IMG/VR virus record: IMGVR_UViG_3300010347_001588
Span: 5,791-69,790 of that record
Source of the DNA: a virus
Lineage: Duplodnaviria; Caudoviricetes
Strand: one strand, 5' to 3'
Length of the DNA: 64,000 nucleotides
The notes beneath the pieces were generated by a model. That model worked only from the letters and a program-made list of their open reading frames with translations. It was not told the origin of the DNA and ran no database searches. Positions 19,233-29,048 of this stretch are shown piece by piece; the first letter of the stretch is position 1; every line of letters begins with the position of its first letter. Position numbers and translations under genes: made by a program.

Positions 19233-19463
19233 TTAATAAAAATATACTGATATAGGAGACTTTTTATAGTAATCCGATAAGAATACTCCCTTATAGTCAT
19301 GACAGTAGTTAGTATCTACTAACACTAAAAAACATTCTTCACCATTATTTGAATAGGTGAATATCGTAAAATCTATTGGTATATTGCTTGGTAAATATTT
19401 CCCCAATAAGTCATTGATAAATAAATAGAATGTACCTAAGTCACTCATCAAATTCCATTTCAA
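19233..19463 (-). CDS. Hypothetical protein (76 aa)
   Basis: Co-oriented ORF in the operon; no motif recognised. Confidence 0.45.
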   Translation of the reverse strand: MKWNLMSDLGTFYLFINDLLGKYLPSNIPIDFTIFTYSNNGEECFLVLVDTNYCHDYKGVFLSDYYKKSPISVYFY

Positions 19464-19689
19464 TATCAGTTAGATCCTGAATTAACACATTACGGGTATG
19501 TACTAAGTTATCTACTGTGCCACGCAAATTAGATACTTCGACATCTTTTTCCAATAATAATCCATGAATTTGAGTGCAATGGTCTAATACAGCCCGTAAT
19601 GCGTCCTTAACTGAATGGTCATCTACATGATCGATCATATATTTTAACGACTCAGCTAATTCTTCAAATTTATTTAAAATTTGGGTCAT
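19441..19689 (-). CDS. Hypothetical coiled-coil protein (82 aa)
   Basis: Heptad pattern; acidic C-terminus. Confidence 0.55.
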   Translation of the reverse strand: MTQILNKFEELAESLKYMIDHVDDHSVKDALRAVLDHCTQIHGLLLEKDVEVSNLRGTVDNLVHTRNVLIQDLTDIEMEFDE

Positions 19690-19691
19690 TA

Positions 19692-20120
19692 TTATTTATC
19701 ACGCATGTCCTTATACAAATCTAATTTCTGGCGTATTTTTGCAAAATCTGATTTCTCGTAGTTTTCGGAGACATCTTTATGTAACAGCTTATACACACTT
19801 TCACGAGGGATAAGTTGTCGTCCACCAGTTTCCCATTTAACTTCTAAGATGTCACCAACATGATGCATTCCAATAACTTTCCCAATCCGCGAAGAATATT
19901 TTGATTTCACATAATCTCCAATTTGCACATCCTCTTCTTGGATGAATTCTGGGATTAAATCTTCACGATTTGCCATCCGAAATGTTTCTTTAATCGCACT
20001 ATTGGAATAGCGATATCCACGTTTTTTCATCCAATCATCAATTGCATCTACTGAGGCATTCTTGGATAATAATCGTAGTAATTCTGGTGCATGGTTAAAA
20101 CTATCTAAAAAATTCCGCAT
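19692..20120 (-). CDS. Hypothetical protein with an SH3/KOW-like beta barrel
   Basis: VQIGDYVKSKYSSRIGKVIG...LEVKWETGGRQLIP. Confidence 0.55.
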   Translation of the reverse strand: MRNFLDSFNHAPELLRLLSKNASVDAIDDWMKKRGYRYSNSAIKETFRMANREDLIPEFIQEEDVQIGDYVKSKYSSRIGKVIGMHHVGDILEVKWETGGRQLIPRESVYKLLHKDVSENYEKSDFAKIRQKLDLYKDMRDK

Positions 20121-20129
20121 ATACTTCTC

Positions 20130-20795
20130 CTACACTCCAAACGTGTAATTTATAATATTGTGCTCTACATTGATAATAGCACATTTAATTGGTTCGTCGA
20201 TACTCCTATACAATGAAATACCTGCAGGAACTTCTACTGCAGAAGTTCGCGTCCCACTAAAAATAATCATGTTACCACTCTCAAATTTGAAGTCATACCA
20301 TGATTTTTTTTCAGGATTATCAAATTTATAGAATTTGCTATTAGGATCATATTCACCAATAGTATATGTCACATCTGGGTCTTGTTGGGCTATAGGCTTA
20401 TATGGCTCAAGACCGCAATTGACGACATATAGATTATCATTAATTTTAATCATATGTGGTAAGGAGAGAAGAAATTCTATATACATCGGCACTTTTTGGG
20501 TTAATCTAAACCAGAGCGGTAAAAAGTCCCCACCACGCTCCTTAAATTGCGTACATAAGGTAAACTCATTTTGACCAAAAACACTATAAATGTTGGTCGT
20601 ATCTTTTATTAAATTCATCAAATCAATCGACTGCTGATGATTTTCATGTACAATATTCCCAGTAAAGATAACAATATCCTCAAAATTAACCATTTGCTGA
20701 AACAATAGATTTATTACTGATTGGTATTGTCCATATGCCTCACCAATGATAACAAATCTCTTAGGTTTTAATGACGACAAATCTAAAATTTTCAT
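20130..20795 (-). CDS. PPP/ApaH-family metallophosphoesterase homolog with eroded catalytic motifs
   Basis: GEAYG (cf. GDIHG), GNIVH (cf. GDLVD), GQNE (cf. GNHE), NCG (cf. HAG); start after an AAAGGAG RBS. Confidence 0.65.
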   Translation of the reverse strand: MKILDLSSLKPKRFVIIGEAYGQYQSVINLLFQQMVNFEDIVIFTGNIVHENHQQSIDLMNLIKDTTNIYSVFGQNEFTLCTQFKERGGDFLPLWFRLTQKVPMYIEFLLSLPHMIKINDNLYVVNCGLEPYKPIAQQDPDVTYTIGEYDPNSKFYKFDNPEKKSWYDFKFESGNMIIFSGTRTSAVEVPAGISLYRSIDEPIKCAIINVEHNIINYTFGV

Positions 20796-20806
20796 AGAGC
20801 GCTCCT

Positions 20807-23116
20807 TTAACCACATCGCGTATTCCCACAAAGTGGGTTGCTACATTCAATACACCCATTTCTATATACTAATTTACTCCCACATATTTCACACTTACCT
20901 GATGCCAATTCACCATCAGGAATATATACCTTTAACACACGAGCCAATACTTTACTAAACTTATCCAATCCACCTTTAGATTTTCTTAATGTATCGCACA
21001 GATGTGCAATCATAACCCCACTTCTAAGTGATAATGATACCATGCGAGCAAAATCATCATGGTCTTCATTATTAAATGTCTTGAGAATATTACCAATTAA
21101 GACTTCCCCATCATATTCAAAAGAATAGTGCCCAGACGTAACTTTTATAAGTTTGCCCGTAATAATATTCTTTGGTAAATTAACATCCTCAATCTTACCG
21201 CAGAAAATTTCAAAAGGTGACTTTAATGAATCATTTCCATCAACTGGAATCAAACCGACAAATGCAATCCACTTTTCCCCTTTCGACGTAATACGATGTA
21301 CATCACAATCTAACACCTGCGGTCTTTTGGGGGCATGGTGAAATACTAATTTTGATGGTCGGTCAGATCCCTTGTGAAGTAGCACACCCTCACGAGATCC
21401 ATCTCTATACACTGTAACTCCAATAATTCCCTTTTTATGAGCATTGATATAGACACCACTCACATCCTCTCGCGTAGATGTATATGGTAAATTAATAGTT
21501 TTTGATACAGATGTGCTACAATTACGAGATACACGTTCCAGAAATTCTAAATGTTCTAATGGATGAATATCACCTGCCACGACAAATACATGACGCATAT
21601 TTTCCGGTATTAACTCACAAGTCTGACAACTACCATTATGTTCCACAATATGCTTTAGAATGTGTGTCTTTTTCGTCTCATCATAATTGGAATCTAAATA
21701 TTCTTCAAAAACTGGGTCTGTGATATATACAGATTCATACTCTTTGTTGCCTACTTCAATTTTTCGTTCATATGTCAGTGCAAATACTGGTTCAATCCCA
21801 GAGGAACAATCCGCAATGAAGGAAATTGAACCAGTCGGAGCAATTGATGTGGTAACGACGTTTCGCACACCATAACGCTTGATATCTTTCTGTAATTTTC
21901 CTATGCTGATGTTTCGTACTTCTCCATCATGCTCAAAAAATCGAATAAAGGCATTCATGTAAATATCGTAATCAAATGCTTCACATGCACCTTTTTCTTT
22001 TGCTAATTCGACCGATTCTTGAATAGAACGCAACGTTAAATACTTAATCAATTCGTCCGCGAATTTATAACCACGTTCAGAATTATATGGGATTTCTTTT
22101 TTATATAATGCATGCGCAACTCCCATACATCCAAGCCCAATAGGACGTGCTTGCAATGTTAATTGGCGTATGCGATCTAATGGATAATGATTTAGATCAA
22201 TTAAGGTATCAATATACCTTACCGACTTTGTGATTAGCGCTTCGAATCCATCCCAATTAAATCTCTTCCCATGCACAAATTTTGAGACATTAATAGATCC
22301 TAAATTACATGACAGGTACGGAACACTCACAAACTCTGAACAGGGGTTGCTTAACACGTTTGTGCCCAAGTGTACAACTGGGCACTGTCGTGTCGCAATA
22401 TCACAATTAAAAATACCAGGTTCGCCCGATTTCCACGCACATTCAATAATAGTATCCCACAATCTTCTAGCAGAGACCACATTTCCATCAGTATCTTTTA
22501 ATGCGAATTCATGACCATCAACTCGATTTTTTACTATCCATGGTTCATCTGGATTAGTTTCTAATTGCTGATAGAATTTATCAGACACACGCACAGAAAA
22601 ATTTAATCGTGTGTACAACGACGTATCCAACTTAGCAGTCACAAAAGATAAAATATCTGGGTGGTCAATATCTAACATAGCCATCCCAGCACCACGACGT
22701 ACCCCACCTTGCATAATACTATCGAGCGTACTATTGATAACCCCAATAAATGGTAGTGGTCCGGATGATGGCCTATTAATCCCACTCACCAACTCACTAC
22801 TCCCACGTAATGCGGAGACATTATATCCTACACCGCCACCATTTTTGGTGACGATTGCGCATTCTTTGATTGCATCAAAGATACCTTCAATACTATCCTG
22901 TATATCCATAGTGAAACAAGAAGATAAAGTACCAATCTTTTCACCCTTCGTATTAAAGTTCATAAGTGTGGGAGATGAAGGAAGATATTCCATCGCTTGA
23001 ATATGCGGGAGCATATCAGGATATACTTCACACATTCGACGAGCAATATCATCCCATGAACCTTCGTGTGAGAGAAAATAACGCTGACGAAGAAAATGAA
23101 TAATAGACTCCTTCAT
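20807..23116 (-). CDS. nrdJ: Class II (adenosylcobalamin-dependent) ribonucleotide reductase
   Basis: PSSPTLMN, SSCF, NPCSE, CNLGSIN, IAPTGSIS, SSGIEP, SKTINLP, TVYRDGSR; C-terminal zinc ribbon ending NTRCG. Confidence 0.93.
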   Translation of the reverse strand: MKESIIHFLRQRYFLSHEGSWDDIARRMCEVYPDMLPHIQAMEYLPSSPTLMNFNTKGEKIGTLSSCFTMDIQDSIEGIFDAIKECAIVTKNGGGVGYNVSALRGSSELVSGINRPSSGPLPFIGVINSTLDSIMQGGVRRGAGMAMLDIDHPDILSFVTAKLDTSLYTRLNFSVRVSDKFYQQLETNPDEPWIVKNRVDGHEFALKDTDGNVVSARRLWDTIIECAWKSGEPGIFNCDIATRQCPVVHLGTNVLSNPCSEFVSVPYLSCNLGSINVSKFVHGKRFNWDGFEALITKSVRYIDTLIDLNHYPLDRIRQLTLQARPIGLGCMGVAHALYKKEIPYNSERGYKFADELIKYLTLRSIQESVELAKEKGACEAFDYDIYMNAFIRFFEHDGEVRNISIGKLQKDIKRYGVRNVVTTSIAPTGSISFIADCSSGIEPVFALTYERKIEVGNKEYESVYITDPVFEEYLDSNYDETKKTHILKHIVEHNGSCQTCELIPENMRHVFVVAGDIHPLEHLEFLERVSRNCSTSVSKTINLPYTSTREDVSGVYINAHKKGIIGVTVYRDGSREGVLLHKGSDRPSKLVFHHAPKRPQVLDCDVHRITSKGEKWIAFVGLIPVDGNDSLKSPFEIFCGKIEDVNLPKNIITGKLIKVTSGHYSFEYDGEVLIGNILKTFNNEDHDDFARMVSLSLRSGVMIAHLCDTLRKSKGGLDKFSKVLARVLKVYIPDGELASGKCEICGSKLVYRNGCIECSNPLCGNTRCG

Positions 23117-23133
23117 AACTCCTCCATGATATT

Positions 23134-23919
23134 TTATTCTACTGTAGATTCAGGTGATGGGTTACTTGTGTCAGATGAATCAACAGGTGAATTACTTGAT
23201 AAAGTTAATAATGTGCCAGATCGTAGAATGTTTTCTTCAATTGCATTAATTCGTTGTGCAAGTTCTAATCTCAAGTCCGCAATCAACGCTTTATACTCCG
23301 GTTTACTTTCGAATTCAAGAAAGACTAATATAATTTGATCGATTAGTTTTTGTAGCACTGATAGCTTATAGTTCAAAATTGCCCGAGATAATTCTTCCCG
23401 CTTGACCGGGAATAACTGTTCATGAATAATTTGTTGGATCTTTGTAATTGAATTCTCGATATCGTTTGCTAAACGATGTAATAATATATATTCTTGCTTT
23501 TCAGTATCATCTAATGCATCACATTCCAATTTATCAGATAAGACTTTTAAGCGTTGCTGAATAGGGTGCAATCTTTGGATTTTGGATTCTAATACGGCTT
23601 GTGATCCTGAAAAGATGTCAGCATCACCTTCCATAATACGTTCTACTAGTAGATTAGCTTCTTCGCTTGAATTCTCCATCAGATCAAGAATCTTTTTCTC
23701 TTTTGGCGCAATTAACCAATGATTCTTAAAATGCTTCTCCAATGTATCAATTGTAAACTGTGTTTGTGTACTAATCTCTTGTAAGGATACCTTATCTCTT
23801 GCACGAAGGAGATTTATTTCCATGTGGTTAGAACTAGTACAAATCGGACAGATTCTACTGCGTTTAATATACCGCCCAAATAGTTCGTTTGGAGATGATA
23901 TAGATGTAATTTCAGACAC
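23134..23919 (-). CDS. Hypothetical protein with a CxxC...HxxxH zinc finger and HTH (terminase small subunit candidate)
   Basis: RICPICTSSNHMEI...SLQEIS...LEKHFKNH followed by a long helical region. Confidence 0.45.
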   Translation of the reverse strand: MSEITSISSPNELFGRYIKRSRICPICTSSNHMEINLLRARDKVSLQEISTQTQFTIDTLEKHFKNHWLIAPKEKKILDLMENSSEEANLLVERIMEGDADIFSGSQAVLESKIQRLHPIQQRLKVLSDKLECDALDDTEKQEYILLHRLANDIENSITKIQQIIHEQLFPVKREELSRAILNYKLSVLQKLIDQIILVFLEFESKPEYKALIADLRLELAQRINAIEENILRSGTLLTLSSNSPVDSSDTSNPSPESTVE

Positions 23920-23943
23920 GACGACTACTCCAATAAGGTAAAT

Positions 23944-24336
23944 TTATTTCAAGGTAACTAACTTTAACGGATTCGAAATTTCATTTCGATGGTGGTCACA
24001 ATTCTCTTTATCCAGACAAATAATAATATGAGACGAATCAGTATAGACATCTACATCAAAATATTTTACGCTTTCACTAATTTCTGCCCGATGCTTACAC
24101 TTTAATAATACAGTTTGAATTGAAATATTAGGCTCTTTCATAATCTCTAAAAAATCACTTAGTGACAAAAATATATCATCCTTGTTCTCTACCAATAGCT
24201 TATATTCTGCATCAGCTAATTGCTGTTTTTGATTTTCAATTGCGTATCTTAAGTCTACAATCTTCTTCTTAGACGCTAAGAAAGTGGCTACTGTATGCTT
24301 TGACGTAAATCTCCGCCACAACCCAAAAATAGACAT
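23944..24336 (-). CDS. Hypothetical protein
   Basis: GGAGGGG RBS before MSIFG; no motif recognised. Confidence 0.55.
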   Translation of the reverse strand: MSIFGLWRRFTSKHTVATFLASKKKIVDLRYAIENQKQQLADAEYKLLVENKDDIFLSLSDFLEIMKEPNISIQTVLLKCKHRAEISESVKYFDVDVYTDSSHIIICLDKENCDHHRNEISNPLKLVTLK

Positions 24337-24351
24337 AATCCCCTCCACAAA

Positions 24352-25815
24352 TTAGTCTTGTTCTAATGTTATAACTTTCTGTAAATTACGATCCATGAAG
24401 GGATATGGTGACAGGAGATATGGCAATACCAGCCCGAATTTTCTAAGAAAAAATACCCGTGATGCAATACTTAATAATATAGTGTCATCATAATTGGGTA
24501 GTAGTTCTTTTAATTCAGTTTGAGCGAGGTTGGTCACATGGTAGGCATAATAATATTTTAAATAATTGTAGACAAATATATTATGTTTCTCATGCCCACC
24601 AGTTTCAAAATACATAGTAGAGGCTTTTTTGAGATTCGGAGCTTCAACTACCTTCTCAGCAGAGGTTTTTGTAAGCTCTAACCTCGTTGCTTGGCTTTGA
24701 TAATCTTTTAGTTGCACTTCAAAGGATACCAGTGCGCTATATAATACATCATATTCCTTATCAATATTCTTAATCTTAGTATTTATTACGGTTAAATCAT
24801 CAAACGAATAATTTCCTAATTGGATAAATTCGTCCTTTAACTGTTTATATTTGAACAGCGCATCGTCCAATAATTTACAAATATCCATATAGGCGTTATA
24901 AAAGGATTCATATTCACCTTGTATAATTACTTTCTTTTCTCGTAAAAATTCAGCATAGGTTGTATTTTGTGCCTCGACAGCTGATAAGAGTTCTAAATCA
25001 ACCTTATTAAGTAATGCCTTAGCTTTTTCTACCTTTTCCGAGATTTGCATTTTGCTCTCTTTGAGAGATTCAATTTGCCCTTCTAATACCTTCTGTTCAT
25101 TATCAAGGGCGTCTTTTGAATGTAAATATGTACGTAGTTTTGCTTCATCTGAAAGTAGTTTGTCACGTTCAGCAGTAAGCGTTTCTAATCTAGCCAAGAT
25201 GTCTTGAATCTTTGCTTTTAATGTCTCAATAGCAAGTTTTGCTTCGTCTGATGAGGCACAACTAGTTTGATTTTCTACGAAGTTATTGGCATGGTACGTT
25301 TCAAAGTCTTCTAAAATGGCGGTATGAATATATTGTGAATTAGTGGTCGATAACAACATCGGTTTGAAGAAGAAGTCATACTCATAATAGATATCATTTA
25401 TGCGTAGCGGTATAAATAACAATTTATAGAGTTGATCTTTTACAAGAAAATTTAAATCTTCCGGTATGGATACCCGATTTCCTCGTGCAACAATTGTATA
25501 TAGTACCTTATCACACTCAATCTCAAATTGCACTTCCAGGTCATTAGGAAGTATATAATACCGCATATCAAAAATATTTAATATTAACTCAACAACATAA
25601 AATGGTACTTTATTAACAACCTCAAAATCATATACGGTCTGTTGATTTGATGAGAGGAATGTAAACGAAAGTTTCCTAAATTTTGTTTTCTCCAACATTG
25701 AGAATTTATATACCAGTAAATCAAAAACAGATAGATACTTATCATTTGTGACATTAGTGTGGGCAATAAATTCATCAACAATTGGTTTAATTAACATGGG
25801 TGGTTTCTCCTTCAT
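24352..25815 (-). CDS. Long coiled-coil protein, possible degenerate SMC/SbcC paralog
   Basis: About 200 aa of heptads; the N-terminal region echoes SbcC head strands but has no Walker A. Confidence 0.55.
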   Translation of the reverse strand: MKEKPPMLIKPIVDEFIAHTNVTNDKYLSVFDLLVYKFSMLEKTKFRKLSFTFLSSNQQTVYDFEVVNKVPFYVVELILNIFDMRYYILPNDLEVQFEIECDKVLYTIVARGNRVSIPEDLNFLVKDQLYKLLFIPLRINDIYYEYDFFFKPMLLSTTNSQYIHTAILEDFETYHANNFVENQTSCASSDEAKLAIETLKAKIQDILARLETLTAERDKLLSDEAKLRTYLHSKDALDNEQKVLEGQIESLKESKMQISEKVEKAKALLNKVDLELLSAVEAQNTTYAEFLREKKVIIQGEYESFYNAYMDICKLLDDALFKYKQLKDEFIQLGNYSFDDLTVINTKIKNIDKEYDVLYSALVSFEVQLKDYQSQATRLELTKTSAEKVVEAPNLKKASTMYFETGGHEKHNIFVYNYLKYYYAYHVTNLAQTELKELLPNYDDTILLSIASRVFFLRKFGLVLPYLLSPYPFMDRNLQKVITLEQD

Positions 25816-27904
25816 GTAATATCATACTAATTCCATCATTATCTTTAGAGACTATAATATTATTCGGAAACAAGAACTGTTCTTCAGTGTGTGTAATCAC
25901 AAATATCTGAGAAAAATAATTGGCTAACGATAATATTGATTCCACCACTAAAGTTCGATTCTCTTGATCGAGTGCACCAAAGATTTCATCCAGAACAATA
26001 ATATTTACAGGACTTTGATTTGAGTATTGAATAATGCGACTGAGACCAAGCCGAAGACTTAATGCACATATGGTTGCCTCTCCACCACTTAACATATTAA
26101 ATTTTCGGCTTTTACCATCGATATTAAATATAATCATGATTTTACGTGATTTTTTATCCAAGTCTTCATATATTTTTACACTAAAATTAGGAAAAATATT
26201 ATACAATATCTCATTTGTGTAATATTCTAAACGACGAATTGACTCTTGAAATAGAAATGTTGGGATATCTTTATACACATTTTCTACAATCTCTAACAGA
26301 GAAAGTTCCTCCGCTAATAGCTCTTTTTTATTTTTCAATTCTTCAAGTTCGTTGGTGAGCGTAGTATATATTTCTCGTTTAGATTTTAATCTACCTTCGG
26401 TAACGAAAATATCCTTTAATTGATTTTGTAATTGTATTTTCTGTGTAGTCAATTGTGATATATCATAGTTATCTGTATGTAACACCTGTAATTGATTCTC
26501 CAGTTCCGTCTTCTGATTCTCAAGTAGTGCAATTTTTTCTGTAATTTCGTGCAAATGATTTTGTTCATAGGTAATCTTTTGTGTTAGCTCTGCTAATACC
26601 TGGGTTGCATTTGTAGATAATGTTTTAAAACGTGACTCTACCTCTACGAATTTTTCTAAGTCTCTTTTTGTATTCTGTAGTTTTAGTGTGTATTCTTGTA
26701 ATTGATTTTGTTGTTCAGTTCGATTGAGTTCTAAAGTTTTTGTTGTAGTCATTAGTGATGTAATTTCATTGGCAAGCTCAATCTTTTTTGCATCATAGTT
26801 CGCACGCAATTCATTAATATAGTCTGTCGTAATAGTCTGTTTACAGTAGCTACATATACCTGCTTTAATATTTGCATCATATGATTTAATAGATTCTTGC
26901 AATTGCCATATTTTCTTATTGGTATCATTCAATTTTTGTTCTATAGTCGTTAGTTCACTGCGCGATGAGGCAATCGTCTTTTCATAATCATCAATAAGTA
27001 TTTCAGACTGGAATTTAAAATCAGGTTTGTATTGACTATATACTAATTCTATCTCGGATAATTCTTTTTGTGTGCGTTCCTTTTGAGATTGCAATGTGGT
27101 AAGCGTAGTCTTAATTTGTAATTCAAGTTGCTTATGGGTATCTAATTCTTTAGTGATTGATTGTAATTCCTTTTGTAACGTAACTAGTTTATTACGATCC
27201 TCTAATTGATGTTCAATGGCTTGTAATTCTTGCTCAATCCTTGTTTTTGAGGCTACTAAATTCTCTAGTTGCGAAATTTCATTCGTAAGTGCCTCTAATG
27301 TGGTAGTATGCTGAACAAGCTTTGATACCACCATTTCATGTTCAACATTAAACTTTTTTCTGTCATCGCTTACATACTTATATGCATCACGCCAAATGTT
27401 TAACCCTAAAATCTTATCTAAATATTCTCTGCGTTCTGAAGGTGTTGAATTAATAAACGCAAACACATCCCCTTGTTGTACAAATAAGGATGAGGTAAAT
27501 AGCTTATGGTCGAGGCCCAAACTTTTTGTTAAAATATCTTGTGCTTCTTTTATTGATGACCCCACCCGTACATCATTGATATAAACATCAAGATAGGATG
27601 CAGATTTATTTCTCCCACGCTCTACGATATAAATGTCATTAGCAATCGAAAAGGTTAGCTTTACATATACATGCTTATTTTTTTCTAATGATGTATTCCA
27701 AATATCCTCGAGTGTGTCGAATTTTCCTTCACCGTAGAGTGCAAATAGGATTGCCATCACCAACGTGCTTTTACCTGCACCATTACTGGACATACTCCGA
27801 TTTGCTACGACCCCGTGAATCGAAATTACACCTAACGGGAAGTCAACATAGGAATAGTCTCTATACGAGCCAAACCCGCATAATTCGAATTTAATAAGAT
27901 GCAT
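25787..27904 (-). CDS. sbcC: SbcC/Rad50-like SMC ATPase
   Basis: NGAGKST, Q-loop VQQG, CSYC zinc hook, LSGGE signature, VLDE, ITH. Confidence 0.93.
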   Translation of the reverse strand: MHLIKFELCGFGSYRDYSYVDFPLGVISIHGVVANRSMSSNGAGKSTLVMAILFALYGEGKFDTLEDIWNTSLEKNKHVYVKLTFSIANDIYIVERGRNKSASYLDVYINDVRVGSSIKEAQDILTKSLGLDHKLFTSSLFVQQGDVFAFINSTPSERREYLDKILGLNIWRDAYKYVSDDRKKFNVEHEMVVSKLVQHTTTLEALTNEISQLENLVASKTRIEQELQAIEHQLEDRNKLVTLQKELQSITKELDTHKQLELQIKTTLTTLQSQKERTQKELSEIELVYSQYKPDFKFQSEILIDDYEKTIASSRSELTTIEQKLNDTNKKIWQLQESIKSYDANIKAGICSYCKQTITTDYINELRANYDAKKIELANEITSLMTTTKTLELNRTEQQNQLQEYTLKLQNTKRDLEKFVEVESRFKTLSTNATQVLAELTQKITYEQNHLHEITEKIALLENQKTELENQLQVLHTDNYDISQLTTQKIQLQNQLKDIFVTEGRLKSKREIYTTLTNELEELKNKKELLAEELSLLEIVENVYKDIPTFLFQESIRRLEYYTNEILYNIFPNFSVKIYEDLDKKSRKIMIIFNIDGKSRKFNMLSGGEATICALSLRLGLSRIIQYSNQSPVNIIVLDEIFGALDQENRTLVVESILSLANYFSQIFVITHTEEQFLFPNNIIVSKDNDGISMILHEGETTHVN

Positions 27905-27917
27905 AGTTCATATTCTC

Positions 27918-29048
27918 CTAATTCATCGTACTCATTTCTAAATATTTCTTACAACGCGGTAACACGTTTGTCTTCCAGTTTTTAGGTAATTTCTCTGATA
28001 CCCCATTTAGATAATCTTGTAAAATATCATCTAAACTACGACTCTGCTGATCCGGCAAAAAGTTATCGGTAATTGGTTTATGCGCATCTTTTGATGCTCC
28101 ACATATTATTTTACCGAATCGATATCGCTTTCGTTGTAGTTCAGACAATACTTCGTTGGTGGATCCTAATACATTCGATTCTACGGCAATAAACACGACA
28201 GTTCCCGTAGGATACCGTGTTTGTCTAATTGCAGTTACGGCATCGTCAATTGTTTTGGCTTTGATAAGTTTAAACTTTCTTATTTTTGTTAATGGAACAT
28301 AAGAAAATTCTAATGTGCGTTCATCACAGAGTAATACATACTTTGGTATCTCACAATCATCAGAGGTCATGTTTATCAATGCGCCTGGGTAATAGACACA
28401 TGATTCGCCAACTTTATATTGTTGGGGTGTATGTACATGTCCAAAGACATAATACAAATTACTTGCTGTTTTAGTAATATTCACACTGCTCACAAGATTT
28501 GAGATCATACGGGCTTCAGACCCAAATCCTGCATGCACTTCATGTAAGTGAGAAATTACAATATTTACTCTCGTTGGGTCAACCAGATCGTTTAGCGAAT
28601 TAAATGCGTCTTGTGTTTTATGGTACTTGTTTTGAAGCGATTCCCCAAACATAAATGGGATAAATATTCCATGTATGTTTGGGGACAAGTCTATTGTAGT
28701 AGTTTTCTCAATGATAGTAATATTTTTCAGGTTTAACGAATGAGCAAATACAAATGCGTGTGAATATTCAGATGCATCGTGGTTTCCAACAATAAAATAG
28801 GATTCAATACCTAAATTATCTAACTTATGAAACCACTCAATAACCCATTTGATATTTGTTGGGGTAGGTTTATTTGAGTGAAATAAATCTCCGCAGAAAA
28901 TAATTTTTGATACAGGATAGTGAGAAATGATATCTAAAATTTCAGTGAGAGCGTTTCTCGCATCCTGTTCGGACTCAAAAATAAAATTCTCTGTAATTGA
29001 CGAATAACGTTTATACCCTAAATGTGCATCGCTAAAAAATAGAATCAT
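27918..29048 (-). CDS. sbcD: SbcD/Mre11-like nuclease
   Basis: SDAHLG, GDLFH, GNHD, GHVH; next to sbcC. Confidence 0.92.
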   Translation of the reverse strand: MILFFSDAHLGYKRYSSITENFIFESEQDARNALTEILDIISHYPVSKIIFCGDLFHSNKPTPTNIKWVIEWFHKLDNLGIESYFIVGNHDASEYSHAFVFAHSLNLKNITIIEKTTTIDLSPNIHGIFIPFMFGESLQNKYHKTQDAFNSLNDLVDPTRVNIVISHLHEVHAGFGSEARMISNLVSSVNITKTASNLYYVFGHVHTPQQYKVGESCVYYPGALINMTSDDCEIPKYVLLCDERTLEFSYVPLTKIRKFKLIKAKTIDDAVTAIRQTRYPTGTVVFIAVESNVLGSTNEVLSELQRKRYRFGKIICGASKDAHKPITDNFLPDQQSRSLDDILQDYLNGVSEKLPKNWKTNVLPRCKKYLEMSTMN

